A DNA stretch of 38,554 nt from an uncultured Planctomycetales bacterium. Lineage in GTDB: Bacteria; Planctomycetota; Planctomycetia; Pirellulales; Thermoguttaceae. The DNA is taken from positions 1 to 38,554 of the forward strand of contig CALARR010000045.1 in the NCBI GenBank assembly GCA_937889015.1, read 5' to 3'. This document shows, one piece after another, positions 1-8,109 of this stretch (within the stretch, counting starts at the first letter, position 1; every line of letters begins with the position of its first letter). A program made the position numbers and the translations under genes. Under the pieces are notes generated by a model, which had not been told where the DNA came from, ran no database searches, and worked only from the letters and a program-made list of their open reading frames with translations.

Positions 1-888
1 GCGCGTCGTGTGGCCGACCGCCTGGGAATCGCCTTCTACGCCCTCAACTTCCAGGCCGAATTCGACCGGGTCATCGCCTATTTCATGGCCGAATACCTGG
101 CGGGGCGCACGCCCAACCCGTGTGTGGTCTGCAACACGTGGCTGAAGTTTGGCCGACTATTCGAGTACGCCGACAGCGTGCAGGCGCGATACGTGGCGAC
201 AGGCCATTACGCGCGGATTGTGCAGCGCGCCGGCGAATACGCGTTGTGCCAGGGGGTGGACCGGCAAAAAGACCAGTCTTACAGCCTGTTCGGCATCCGG
301 CGGGACCGGTTGTCGCGGTTGTTGTTTCCGGTCGGCGAGTACTCGAAGGACGGTATTCGGCGTCTGGCCGCCGACTTGGGCCTGCGCGTGGCCGACAAAC
401 CCGACAGCCAGGAAATCTGCTTTGTACCCGAGCGCGACCACGCCGCGTTCATTCGCCAGCGGGGCGGCGCCGACACCTCGGGCGAGATTGTTACGACCGA
501 GGGACAGGTGATCGGACGCCACCCCGGCCTGGAGCACTTCACCGTGGGCCAGCGCAAGGGATTGAAGATCGCCCTGGGTGAACCGCGATACGTGGTGCGG
601 CTGGAGCCTCAAACCCGCCGGGTCGTACTCGGCCACTATCAAGACTTGGCGCGTCGGGAATTGACCGCCAGTGGCGCCAACTGGTTGATCGACGAACCGC
701 ACGAACCGCGGAGCTGCCAGGTGATGGTCCGCTATCGCAGTCGCCTGCTGCCGGCGCGCGTGGAATCGCTGGATGAGGGGCGATTCCGGGTGCGTTTCGT
801 CGAACCTTGCCACGGCGTAGCGCCTGGCCAGGCGGTCGTATGCTTTGATGGCGACCGGGTGCTGTGCGGCGCGTGGATCGACTCGTGA
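1..888 (+). CDS. mnmA: tRNA-specific 2-thiouridylase MnmA, 5'-truncated at the window edge
   Basis: The open frame runs from base 1 to a TGA at 886-888. The translation (YALNFQAEFDRVIAYFMAEYLAGRTPNPCVVCN...GHYARI...QSYSLFGI) matches the conserved central and C-terminal regions of MnmA/TrmU. Confidence 0.9.
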   Translation, partial: ARRVADRLGIAFYALNFQAEFDRVIAYFMAEYLAGRTPNPCVVCNTWLKFGRLFEYADSVQARYVATGHYARIVQRAGEYALCQGVDRQKDQSYSLFGIRRDRLSRLLFPVGEYSKDGIRRLAADLGLRVADKPDSQEICFVPERDHAAFIRQRGGADTSGEIVTTEGQVIGRHPGLEHFTVGQRKGLKIALGEPRYVVRLEPQTRRVVLGHYQDLARRELTASGANWLIDEPHEPRSCQVMVRYRSRLLPARVESLDEGRFRVRFVEPCHGVAPGQAVVCFDGDRVLCGAWIDS

Positions 889-961
889 AAAGCGCGCTGC
901 GTCGATCGCGTGTCACGCCAGCATCAACCGCCTCGCCTGAGCGGTGACTGCATAGCTGCTA

Positions 962-996
962 TTGACTGCAAGGAAAGCTTTGATATATTTCGTGGC
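962..996 (+). promoter_or_regulatory. Putative sigma70-type promoter: TTGACT, 16-17 bp spacer, TATATT
   Basis: This is an AT-rich patch in a GC-rich genome with near-consensus -35 and -10 hexamers about 45 bp upstream of the small ORF at 1038. Confidence 0.4.
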
Positions 997-1037
997 ATCG
1001 AGATACCCTAATACCCTTTGAAAAGGAGGTCACGACG

Positions 1038-1145
1038 ATGGCGAAGAAGGTAGCGAAGAAGGCCGCGAAGAAGGTTGCCAAGAAGCCCGCGAAGAAGGCT
1101 GCCAAGAAGCCCGCGAAGAAGTGCTGCGGCTGCAAAGGCAAGTAG
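1038..1145 (+). CDS. Small lysine/alanine-rich basic protein of 35 aa with a Cys-rich C-terminus: MAKKVAKKAAKKVAKKPAKKAAKKPAKKCCGCKGK
   Basis: An ATG at 1038 is preceded by AAAGGAGG (1023-1030) with 7-nt spacing. The ORF is below the ORF-track length cutoff. It carries AKK(P/A)AKK repeats like histone H1/AlgP-type tails. A promoter lies upstream and a strong hairpin terminator downstream. Confidence 0.55.
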   Translation: MAKKVAKKAAKKVAKKPAKKAAKKPAKKCCGCKGK

Positions 1146-1232
1146 CCCTTTCCGCCGCAGAGGCGGACCGCTACGAAACTCTGCACGGCTCGGTAGATCC
1201 TGCGAGTCTGCAGATCAGCCCGAGAACACCGC

Positions 1233-1266
1233 GACCAGGCGTGATCGACACGGATCACGCCTGGTC
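1233..1266 (+). terminator. Perfect 14-bp-stem hairpin (GACCAGGCGTGATC, 6-nt loop, GATCACGCCTGGTC): candidate intrinsic terminator
   Basis: The inverted repeat is read directly from the sequence. It sits between the small ORF and the convergent gene ending at 1356, and is followed by GTGAGCTTTCTT. Confidence 0.5.
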
Positions 1267-1355
1267 GTGAGCTTTCTTGGGCTTCCACCTGGCACTGGCT
1301 TACCGACCGCCCCGATTCGCATGCGCGGAGGCATGGTCGGCAACGGCCTGCCCGG

Positions 1356-2231
1356 TCACTTGTTTTCGCCGTCCTTTTCCCCCGGTTTGGCCTTCTCGGC
1401 CCCCGGCTTCTTCTTCGACGTCGCGCCCGACACGGGCTCCATGTGCTTGATCGTGGCTTCGAAGAGGGTCCCCACGTTCTGGCCCGGCACATCGCGGTTG
1501 CCGCGGACCAACTGGAACTCGTCGTCCTTCTTCACGACCGACAGATCGGCGATATTGAAATCGATTTCGGCCTCGGCCCCGACCTTGATGTTGAAGCGGG
1601 CCATTCGGCCCCCCACGGGGGCCTCGACCAGCAGGGCGCGGTTGTTGCCGACCGACTTGACCTGACCGCGAATGTTGAAGAATTGCGAGCCGGCGTTCTC
1701 TTGCGGAACAAACTGGTTCACGCCCGAGTTGTCGGGGAAGCAGCCGAGTTCAAACTCATTGGGCACCTTGGCGGCGGCGGCCACCGAGGCCGCGGCGGCA
1801 GCAGCGCCTCGGGGCGGTTCCTTGGGCTTCTCGGCGGCCACCGGCGTGATGATCGTGACCTTGGGCACTTCCTTCACGACCGTACCCTTGGGGTCCAGCA
1901 GCGCCAGGGCCTGAATGTACATGCCGGGCCGGATGAACTCGAAGTCGGCCGTACCCACAACGCGGAGTTTGGAGTTCTTGGCCGTCTTCAGGGTCCAATC
2001 CAGTTCGCCCAGCTTGACCTTCACCGTCACTGTGCCGCTCTTATCCATGGCCCAGCCGTGAATGAATCCACTGCCCTGGATGGGATCCTGCGGGGCCTTG
2101 GACTGCGCGCCCTGGCCCCTGCCCGGCTTGTTCCGCTGAGCGCAGGCCGAATCGGGGAACAGACACAGGGCCGTGCTGACCAGCAACACGAGCCCGACGA
2201 TGCTTCGTGCAATCATGCGGAGAGACAACAT
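1356..2231 (-). CDS. Secreted hypothetical protein with an N-terminal signal peptide
   Basis: The ORF is 291 aa. Its N-terminus (MLSLRMIARSIVGLVLLVSTALCLFPDSACAQ) looks like a Sec signal peptide, and the rest is hydrophilic with a Lys/Pro-rich tail. I recognise no family. Confidence 0.65.
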   Translation of the reverse strand: MLSLRMIARSIVGLVLLVSTALCLFPDSACAQRNKPGRGQGAQSKAPQDPIQGSGFIHGWAMDKSGTVTVKVKLGELDWTLKTAKNSKLRVVGTADFEFIRPGMYIQALALLDPKGTVVKEVPKVTIITPVAAEKPKEPPRGAAAAAASVAAAAKVPNEFELGCFPDNSGVNQFVPQENAGSQFFNIRGQVKSVGNNRALLVEAPVGGRMARFNIKVGAEAEIDFNIADLSVVKKDDEFQLVRGNRDVPGQNVGTLFEATIKHMEPVSGATSKKKPGAEKAKPGEKDGENK

Positions 2232-2474
2232 GCAAGTCCTCGTGGAAAGGAGGCAAGGGCCAAACCTGATTGGCGTTCAGACCCACAAGACAACATACGG
2301 CGCGTTGAGTGCGCAAATCCTGATTCCCACGACCAACCTACGGTCGGTACGCGCCCCAGTTGCCTGGCGAATCTGAACCTCCATCGGTCTCGGCCAAGAT
2401 TGGAGGGGTGAATCTTCTTGCGCCGACGCGGGCGTTTCATGCCGCTGGGAGCGACGGCGACGATTTCCGGGCGG

Positions 2475-2565
2475 ATTCTTAGAGCCGGCCCCAGTACCTC
2501 CTGGCAGCTCCGTCTTGCCGGGCCGCCCGACGTGCCTGGGGTGGTTCTGGGATACGTTCTTAGAG
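2475..2565 (+). repeat. Interspersed ~90-bp repeat element, copy A
   Basis: Core: TTCTTAGAGCCGGCCCCAGTACCTCCTGGCAGCTCCGTCTTGCCGGGCCGCCCGACGTGCCTGGGGTGGTTCTGGGATACGTTCTTAGAG. TTCTTAGAG occurs at both ends. It is homologous to the copies at 3641-3725 (reverse complement), 7575-7660 and 26628-26714. Confidence 0.75.
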
Positions 2566-2839
2566 AATAACTCTTCCAGGCCGGCTTGAACAGCTTTTTG
2601 TCGGCCCGAGGGAACGCAATCTTGCCGCCGCAGGTCCAAGACTCCGGCCCCTACCGGCTGGAATCCGACCCTAAAGGCGGGCTTCAGCGGCGTGAGGATC
2701 GGCAGCCCCCCTTTCCCGGGGAGCCCCGCGAACTTACAATCGAGGATGAAGCCCTGCTGGCCGTTAGAGTGGCCAGCGGCCCACCGCGCGACGACTGGTG
2801 GGGGCGCGCGGCCTTCGACATTCCGAGGATCACGATTCC

Positions 2840-3640
2840 ATGGCACCGCGGGAGCAACGGATCACGGTTCCGAAGTTCATGGCCATGAAGGCCGCCGGGC
2901 GGAAGATCAGCATGGTCACCGCCTACGATTACCCCACGGCGCGTCTGGCCGATGCCACGGGCATCGAGAGCCTTCTGGTCGGCGACAGCCTGGGCATGGT
3001 CGTGCAAGGGCATTCCAACACCTTGCCGGTCACCCTGGAGCAGATGCTCTACCACGCCGAGATGGTCGGTCGCGCTGTGCAGCATGCCCTGGTGATTGTC
3101 GATCTGCCGTTCCCCACCTTCCACTTGGGCAAGTCGCATGCCGTGGAATGTGCCGCCAAGATCCTCAAGCAAACGGCCTGCCATGCCGTGAAGCTGGAAG
3201 GGGGCGCCGACCAGGCTGAAGTGATCGAAGCCCTGGTTCGAGCCGGGATTCCCGTGATGGCCCACTGTGGATTGCGTCCTCAGAGCGTTCACCAGATCGG
3301 CCAGTTCGCGGTACAGCGCGACCGGGCGGAGGTGATGGCGGACGCCCAGGCTGCCCAGCAGGCAGGCGCGTTCGCCTTGGTGCTGGAATGCGTGCCGGCC
3401 GCCACGGCCAGGGAGGTCACCGCCGCTCTGAAGATCCCCACCATCGGCATCGGCGCAGGTCCCGACTGCGATGGGCAAGTGCTGGTGTTCCACGACCTGC
3501 TGGGCCTGCCGGGCGAGCGCACGCCCCGCCACGTGAAACGCTATGCCGACGTGGGGACCACGATCTCCGAGGCCTTGGCCAAGTATCGGGACGAAGTGCG
3601 CGAAGGAACATTTCCCGGTCCCGAACAGACGTTCCAATAA
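2840..3640 (+). CDS. panB: 3-methyl-2-oxobutanoate hydroxymethyltransferase (ketopantoate hydroxymethyltransferase)
   Basis: The translation MAPREQRITVPKFMAMKAAGRKISMVTAYDYPTARLADATGIESLLVGDSLGMVVQGHSNTLPVTLEQMLYH is a classic PanB N-terminus, and the fold is conserved throughout. Stop is TAA at 3638-3640. Confidence 0.92.
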   Translation: MAPREQRITVPKFMAMKAAGRKISMVTAYDYPTARLADATGIESLLVGDSLGMVVQGHSNTLPVTLEQMLYHAEMVGRAVQHALVIVDLPFPTFHLGKSHAVECAAKILKQTACHAVKLEGGADQAEVIEALVRAGIPVMAHCGLRPQSVHQIGQFAVQRDRAEVMADAQAAQQAGAFALVLECVPAATAREVTAALKIPTIGIGAGPDCDGQVLVFHDLLGLPGERTPRHVKRYADVGTTISEALAKYRDEVREGTFPGPEQTFQ

Positions 3641-3725
3641 GAACCTATCCTGGAACCGCCCCAGCCACCTCGGGCGGCCCTGCAAGACCGAACTGCCGAC
3701 AGGTTTTCGGCCGGCTCTAAGAGGG
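3641..3725 (-). repeat. Interspersed repeat element, copy B, in inverted orientation
   Basis: Its reverse complement (CCCTCTTAGAGCCGGCCGAAAACCTGTCGGCAGTTCGGTCTTGCAGGGCCGCCCGAGGTGGCTGGGGCGGTTCCAGGATAGGTTC) aligns base by base with copy A. It begins immediately after the panB stop codon. Confidence 0.75.
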
Positions 3726-3784
3726 AAGGCGACGAAATCGCCCTCCGCCGCATGGCACGACAGGCCGGTACGAACACCGGACCG

Positions 3785-4009
3785 TCAATCGTGCAGGGCG
3801 ATCAGTTCCTCCTGCTCGGTCAGTTCGCCCTCAACCCAGGTGCGGTCAATCCAGAGGGCCATTTCGCGATAAGGAAAGACTGGCCGGACCTGGACACGCG
3901 CCCCCTCGACCACCAGGATCTCACAGGGCACCGATTCGTGACTAGGATCGGTTGCCCCGATGAAGGGGGCCAGATTCACCAGCACACGATCTCCGCATCG
4001 AATGTCCAT
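3785..4009 (-). CDS. Hypothetical small protein (73-79 aa)
   Basis: The ORF has GC-rich third positions. An alternative ATG at 4009 is preceded by GGAGCAG, and the longer ORF starts at 4024. I recognise no family. Confidence 0.35.
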   Translation of the reverse strand: MDIRCGDRVLVNLAPFIGATDPSHESVPCEILVVEGARVQVRPVFPYREMALWIDRTWVEGELTEQEELIALHD

Positions 4010-4626
4010 GGGACTGCTCCGCATAGTCCGTGAAGAGAACGCCGGTCGGAGGCCCCTGCACCGAGGCGCAGACGCGGTCTAGCGTTGCTGCCCCGCCCGC
4101 TCAAGATTGCCGTCCACTGCCCCACACGACCCGGACCGAAATGGTCCATGACCTATCGTATAGCGGAACGCGTCGCAGGGCTCAATCCCTCGGCCAGAGG
4201 ACGCAAGCACCGCTAGAGCTGCTTGCGTGTCAGGTTGCGATCCGATCGCGAGTCCAAACCTCCTGTCGGCCCGCAGATTACGTGGTTTCCGGTGGACGCA
4301 ACCTGGGCGTAAGAAATTTCCTCCTGGAAACACAGTTTTCCACGAACCCACCTCTTATGGTTACCATCGCTTCTCCTCGCCAGAGGTAGAGCAGACCGGG
4401 AGCTGAAAATCCCGTGCTTTCGAGGGACACATACACCAACCGTGGTCCTACTCTGAGCCAAGAATCCGAGTCGTTTTCTCGTGATTTAGTGGTATGCTGG
4501 GGCATACTTTACGGTAGGTGCCAATCAGCCGCGAGCGTTAGGCGACGCTTGTCGCCGGCAAGAAATGCGGCCGGTCGGCGAATAGACGGTTGGAGGTTAG
4601 ACGACAGAGAGCCCGGAAGCACTGCC

Positions 4627-5298
4627 ATGGAAACACTGCTGCTGATTTGCGCCACTCTGGGAGGCACGATCCTGATCTGCCAGGCCGTAATGATGCTCCT
4701 GGGGTTGGGAGGAGGCGTGGATCACGATGGCGGAGGGGGCGATTTCAGCGGCGATGGCCACGACGTGTTCGGTGTCCATGATCTGTCCGGCGCCCACGAC
4801 GGCGCGGATCTGCATGCCGCGGAGGGCCACGACCCGCACGGGTCCACCTGGTTCTTCGCCATGCTCTCCTTCCGCAGCATCGTGGCGGCCCTGACCTTCT
4901 TCGGGCTGGCGGGCCTGGCGGCGCAGTCGGCTGGCACGCCCCCGCCGCTGGTGCTGGCGATCGCTGCGGGGGCGGGGTGGGGCGCCATGTACGGAGTGTA
5001 TCGATTGATGCGTCTGATCGGCGCGTTGCGTTCCGACGGGACCGCCCACATCGAGCGCGCCGTGGGACAGAAGGGCAGCGTCTATCTGCGGATTCCCGGA
5101 CATCGCTCCGGTTGCGGGAAGATCCAGATCAACCTGCAGAATCGGACCATGGAATACTTGGCTGCCACCGAGGGTGAAGACATCCCCACAGGGGCTACAG
5201 TTGAGATAGTGAACCTGCTTGACGAGAACACGCTACTGGTCCAGATTCCTGCCCTTGAGCCCTCGCCGGCTGAGGCAGAAAGGAGCCATCATGTCTAG
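4627..5298 (+). CDS. nfeD: NfeD-like membrane protein (YuaF-type) with a C-terminal OB-fold
   Basis: Domain order: TM helix (METLLLICATLGGTILICQAVMMLLGLGG), then a His/Asp/Gly-rich loop, then two more TM helices, then a C-terminal beta-rich OB-like domain. It lies immediately upstream of a flotillin gene and overlaps it, which is the canonical nfeD-SPFH arrangement. Confidence 0.75.
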   Translation: METLLLICATLGGTILICQAVMMLLGLGGGVDHDGGGGDFSGDGHDVFGVHDLSGAHDGADLHAAEGHDPHGSTWFFAMLSFRSIVAALTFFGLAGLAAQSAGTPPPLVLAIAAGAGWGAMYGVYRLMRLIGALRSDGTAHIERAVGQKGSVYLRIPGHRSGCGKIQINLQNRTMEYLAATEGEDIPTGATVEIVNLLDENTLLVQIPALEPSPAEAERSHHV

Positions 5299-7003
5299 CG
5301 CTCTGCTTGGTGCGTTGCAGGTCTTCAGCGTGCAGTTCTGGATCGTGCTGATCTGCATGGTTGCGGCAGTGATTTTGTTGGGCTTTGTGATGTGGCTGGC
5401 GAAGCGATACCAACGCTGCCCCAGCAACAGGGTGTTGGTGGTTTACGGGAAGTCCTGGCGCGGCCACGAGGCGGCGACGTGCATCCACGGCGGCGCGCGG
5501 TTCGTGTACCCCTTGATCCAGGACTTCGGCTGGCTGAACCTGGAGCCCATGCAGATCGAGATTCCGCTGCGCGGCGCGTTGTCGATGGAGAACATCCGTG
5601 TCAACGTCCCCAGCGTGTTCACCGTGGCGATCGGCACCACGCCCGAACTGATGCAGAATGCGGCCATCCGCCTGTTGGGATTGGCGCCGATGCAGATCAA
5701 GAAGCAGGCCGAGGACATCATCTTCGGCCAGTTGCGGCAGGTGATCGCCTCGATGATGATCGAGGACATCAATCGCGACCGGGACAAGTTCCTGGAGAAG
5801 GTCCAGGCCTCGCTGGATCCCGAGTTGCGGAAGATCGGCCTGGTGCTGATCAACGTAAACATTACCGACATCACCGACGAGTCGGGCTATATCGAGGCCA
5901 TCGGCCAGAAGGCCGCCTCGCAGGCCATTCAGAAAGCGCGCGGCGACGTGGCCGACAACGAGAAGATGGGCGAGATCCGCGTGGCCGACGCCCAACGGGA
6001 AAAAGACATCCAGGTGGCCACGGCCGTCAAGTTCCGCGAAATCGGCACACGCGAGGCGCATCGCGAACAGGCCGTGCGTCTGGCCGAGTTGGACAAGGAG
6101 CAGAAGGTCGGCGAAAAGACGGCCGAGTTCCAACGCGAAGCGCAAATCAAGGACGCCGAGCGTGAAATGGCCATCCGCGTGGCCGAATTGAGCAAGTTGC
6201 AGCAGGTGGCCGAGAGGACGGCCGCCTTCCAGCGCGACGCCGAGACCAAGGCTGCCGAGCGCGAGATGCGCGTGCAGATGGCTGATGCGGAAGCCCAGGC
6301 CGTGCGCGGCGAGAACGTGGCTCAGGCCGACATCGCGGCCTCGCAGGCCGATCTGCAGGTCAAACGGGCCGATGCCTACGAATTGGGCGAGAAACGCAAG
6401 CGGGAGGCCGAGGCGGCCGTGCTCCAGGCCCAACACCTGGCTTTGGCCAAGGCAGCCCAGGCCGAGGCCGAGCGGATCGAGGCCGAAAAGCGGGCCGCCC
6501 TGGAGGCCCCGGCCAAGGCCGAGAAGGCGAAGATGATCGTCGACGCCGAAGCCGATGCCGAACGCCGCCGGATCCAGGCCCAAGGCGAGGCCTCGGCCAT
6601 CTTTGCCAAGCTCGAAGCCGAGGCGCGCGGCCAGTTCGAAATCCTGGCACGCAAGGGCGAAGGGCTGAAGCAGATCATCGATGCCTGCGGCGGGGCCGAA
6701 GAGGCCTTCCGCCTGTTGATGCTCGAACACTTCGACAATCTGGTGGAGGCCTCGGCCAAGGCCATCTCGAACATCAAGTTCGATAAGGTCGTGGTCTGGG
6801 AAGGCGCACAGAACGGCTCCAGCGCCACGGCCAATTGGCTGCACAACATGGCGCGCACGCTGCCGCCGATGATGCAGGTCATGCGCGATATCGGTGGCGT
6901 GGAGTTGCCCGAGACGCTGGCGAATCTGGCGGCGGCCACCGACGGAAAGTCAAAGGCGGAAGGCAAGCCGGCGTCGGAGAGCAAGCCTGCCACAAAGCCG
7001 TGA
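5291..7003 (+). CDS. floT: Flotillin-like SPFH/band-7 protein (FloT/YuaG-type)
   Basis: An N-terminal TM helix is followed by an SPFH domain (VYGKSWRGHEAATCIHGGARFVYPLIQDFGWLNLEPMQIEIPL...). A long Glu/Ala-rich repeat coiled-coil region (AEREMAIRVAEL...) follows. The ATG at 5291 is preceded by AAAGGAG and overlaps the nfeD stop (ATGTCTAG). Confidence 0.9.
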   Translation: MSSALLGALQVFSVQFWIVLICMVAAVILLGFVMWLAKRYQRCPSNRVLVVYGKSWRGHEAATCIHGGARFVYPLIQDFGWLNLEPMQIEIPLRGALSMENIRVNVPSVFTVAIGTTPELMQNAAIRLLGLAPMQIKKQAEDIIFGQLRQVIASMMIEDINRDRDKFLEKVQASLDPELRKIGLVLINVNITDITDESGYIEAIGQKAASQAIQKARGDVADNEKMGEIRVADAQREKDIQVATAVKFREIGTREAHREQAVRLAELDKEQKVGEKTAEFQREAQIKDAEREMAIRVAELSKLQQVAERTAAFQRDAETKAAEREMRVQMADAEAQAVRGENVAQADIAASQADLQVKRADAYELGEKRKREAEAAVLQAQHLALAKAAQAEAERIEAEKRAALEAPAKAEKAKMIVDAEADAERRRIQAQGEASAIFAKLEAEARGQFEILARKGEGLKQIIDACGGAEEAFRLLMLEHFDNLVEASAKAISNIKFDKVVVWEGAQNGSSATANWLHNMARTLPPMMQVMRDIGGVELPETLANLAAATDGKSKAEGKPASESKPATKP

Positions 7004-7167
7004 TGCAGCAGCCATCCAGGCAAGTGTTGCCGCTTGCCAGAAGCGAATGAGCCGGCAGGAGAACGGGCTGCCTGCGCCAGCAATGCTAGCTGCGGCGGAG
7101 GGAAGAGAAGTGTCCGGGGCGGCCTGATGGCGACGGCACAGGCCCCGCAGCCCCGTGGAGGTGAGCG

Positions 7168-7449
7168 TCAGCATACCTCGATTTCGTTGGTCAAGGGGCA
7201 GTTGCCCTGGACACCCATCGCGGCATGCTGCGCGAGCTGCTTGCAGTAGTAAGTGCTGCAACGCCCACGCAGCAGCACCCCTTCGCGTCCGACCTCCACG
7301 GCCAGTTCACGAATTCCACCACAGGTTTGCTTTTGCACTTCCCGTTCGATCGAGGCCGCCAGAAGCTCGGCCTGTTCGAGGGTTTCCGGCAGCACCGACT
7401 CCAGTGCCTGCGCGGCCGTCCTGACCTGCCATGATGACCGATCTCTCAT
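7168..7449 (-). CDS. Hypothetical Cys-containing small protein (93 aa)
   Basis: AAGGAGG lies 5 nt upstream of the ATG on the minus strand. The protein contains CSTYYC ... CPLTNEIEVC. I recognise no family. Confidence 0.5.
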   Translation of the reverse strand: MRDRSSWQVRTAAQALESVLPETLEQAELLAASIEREVQKQTCGGIRELAVEVGREGVLLRGRCSTYYCKQLAQHAAMGVQGNCPLTNEIEVC

Positions 7450-7574
7450 CGGTTCCTCCTTGCCTGCTGCCAGCGAACTTTATCCGGGGGTACCCAGCAG
7501 CCATTCCGTTGCTGAGGAACCTCCTTGTTCCTGCCCAGCTCTTGCGTCTCAGGAAAACGACTCCGCCAGAACAA

Positions 7575-7660
7575 CTCTTAGAGCCGTTCCCAGAACCTGC
7601 CCTCAGTTCAGTGCCGCTAAGCCGCCCAGCCTGGCGATGGCGGTTCTGGGATACGTGCTC
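7575..7660 (+). repeat. Interspersed repeat element, copy C
   Basis: Sequence: CTCTTAGAGCCGTTCCCAGAACCTGCCCTCAGTTCAGTGCCGCTAAGCCGCCCAGCCTGGCGATGGCGGTTCTGGGATACGTGCTC. It shares both ends and the internal GCCGCCC...GGTTCTGGGATACG block with copy A. A 9-bp-stem hairpin (GAGTCGGCC/GGCCGACTC) follows at 7662-7685. Confidence 0.7.
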
Positions 7661-8109
7661 CGAGTCGGCCTAGGTTGGCCGACTCACCCTCTCCAGGCCG
7701 CACAGCGCCAACTGTCGCGACTCTGGGACAAGTCCTTAGCTAACGCGTCTTCCTGGGAGAACCCACTGAGACCAGAAAAGCAACCACGAACGAGACCCGG
7801 ACAGCCCGGCCGCCACGGGCCATGAATCTGACCGCCGCCGGCGGCCTGAGGGACAGTGCGTTTTCCAGGGACATGCAGCGCGGAACCGGGTGGAATTGGC
7901 GCGCCAACGAGAGAAAAGAGCACTCCACGTCGATGGAAATCGCACTATTATCCCATCACGTTACTTTTTAACGATAAAATCGACCCTCGGTCAACCCCCA
8001 ATTGGAGCGGAAAAGAAAGGTTTCCGGATCCACTTTCTGACTCCCGGCGCGCAACGCCCCCCGGCCGTCCACGGACGGTACCCACAAAAAAAGACCTCCT
8101 CCCGTACCG

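Noticed and set aside
2277-2846. 189-aa minus-strand ORF spanning the region upstream of panB
   Set aside because: It reads through repeat copy A. Its 'HVGRPGKTELPGGTGAGSK' segment is simply the repeat translated, and there are no start-site signals.
4195-4235. GGACGCAAGCACC segment resembling the c-di-GMP-I (GEMM) riboswitch GGACGCAAAGCC box
   Set aside because: Only one short block matches. No GNRA tetraloop/receptor pair or P1/P2 architecture is evident by eye. I kept it only as a generic hairpin within the long leader.
6285-6650. Pro/Arg-rich ORFs (6285..6536 +, 6360..6650 -) that might suggest low-complexity secreted proteins
   Set aside because: They are alternative-frame translations of the flotillin EA-repeat region (GCC/GAG-rich DNA).
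5195-6844. 549-aa ORF on the minus strand, antisense to the flotillin gene
   Set aside because: Its composition is Gly/Leu/Arg/Asp-rich. That is typical of antisense frames of GC-rich, Glu/Ala-repeat coding DNA. The sense-strand flotillin has clear homology, so this is a spurious antisense ORF.
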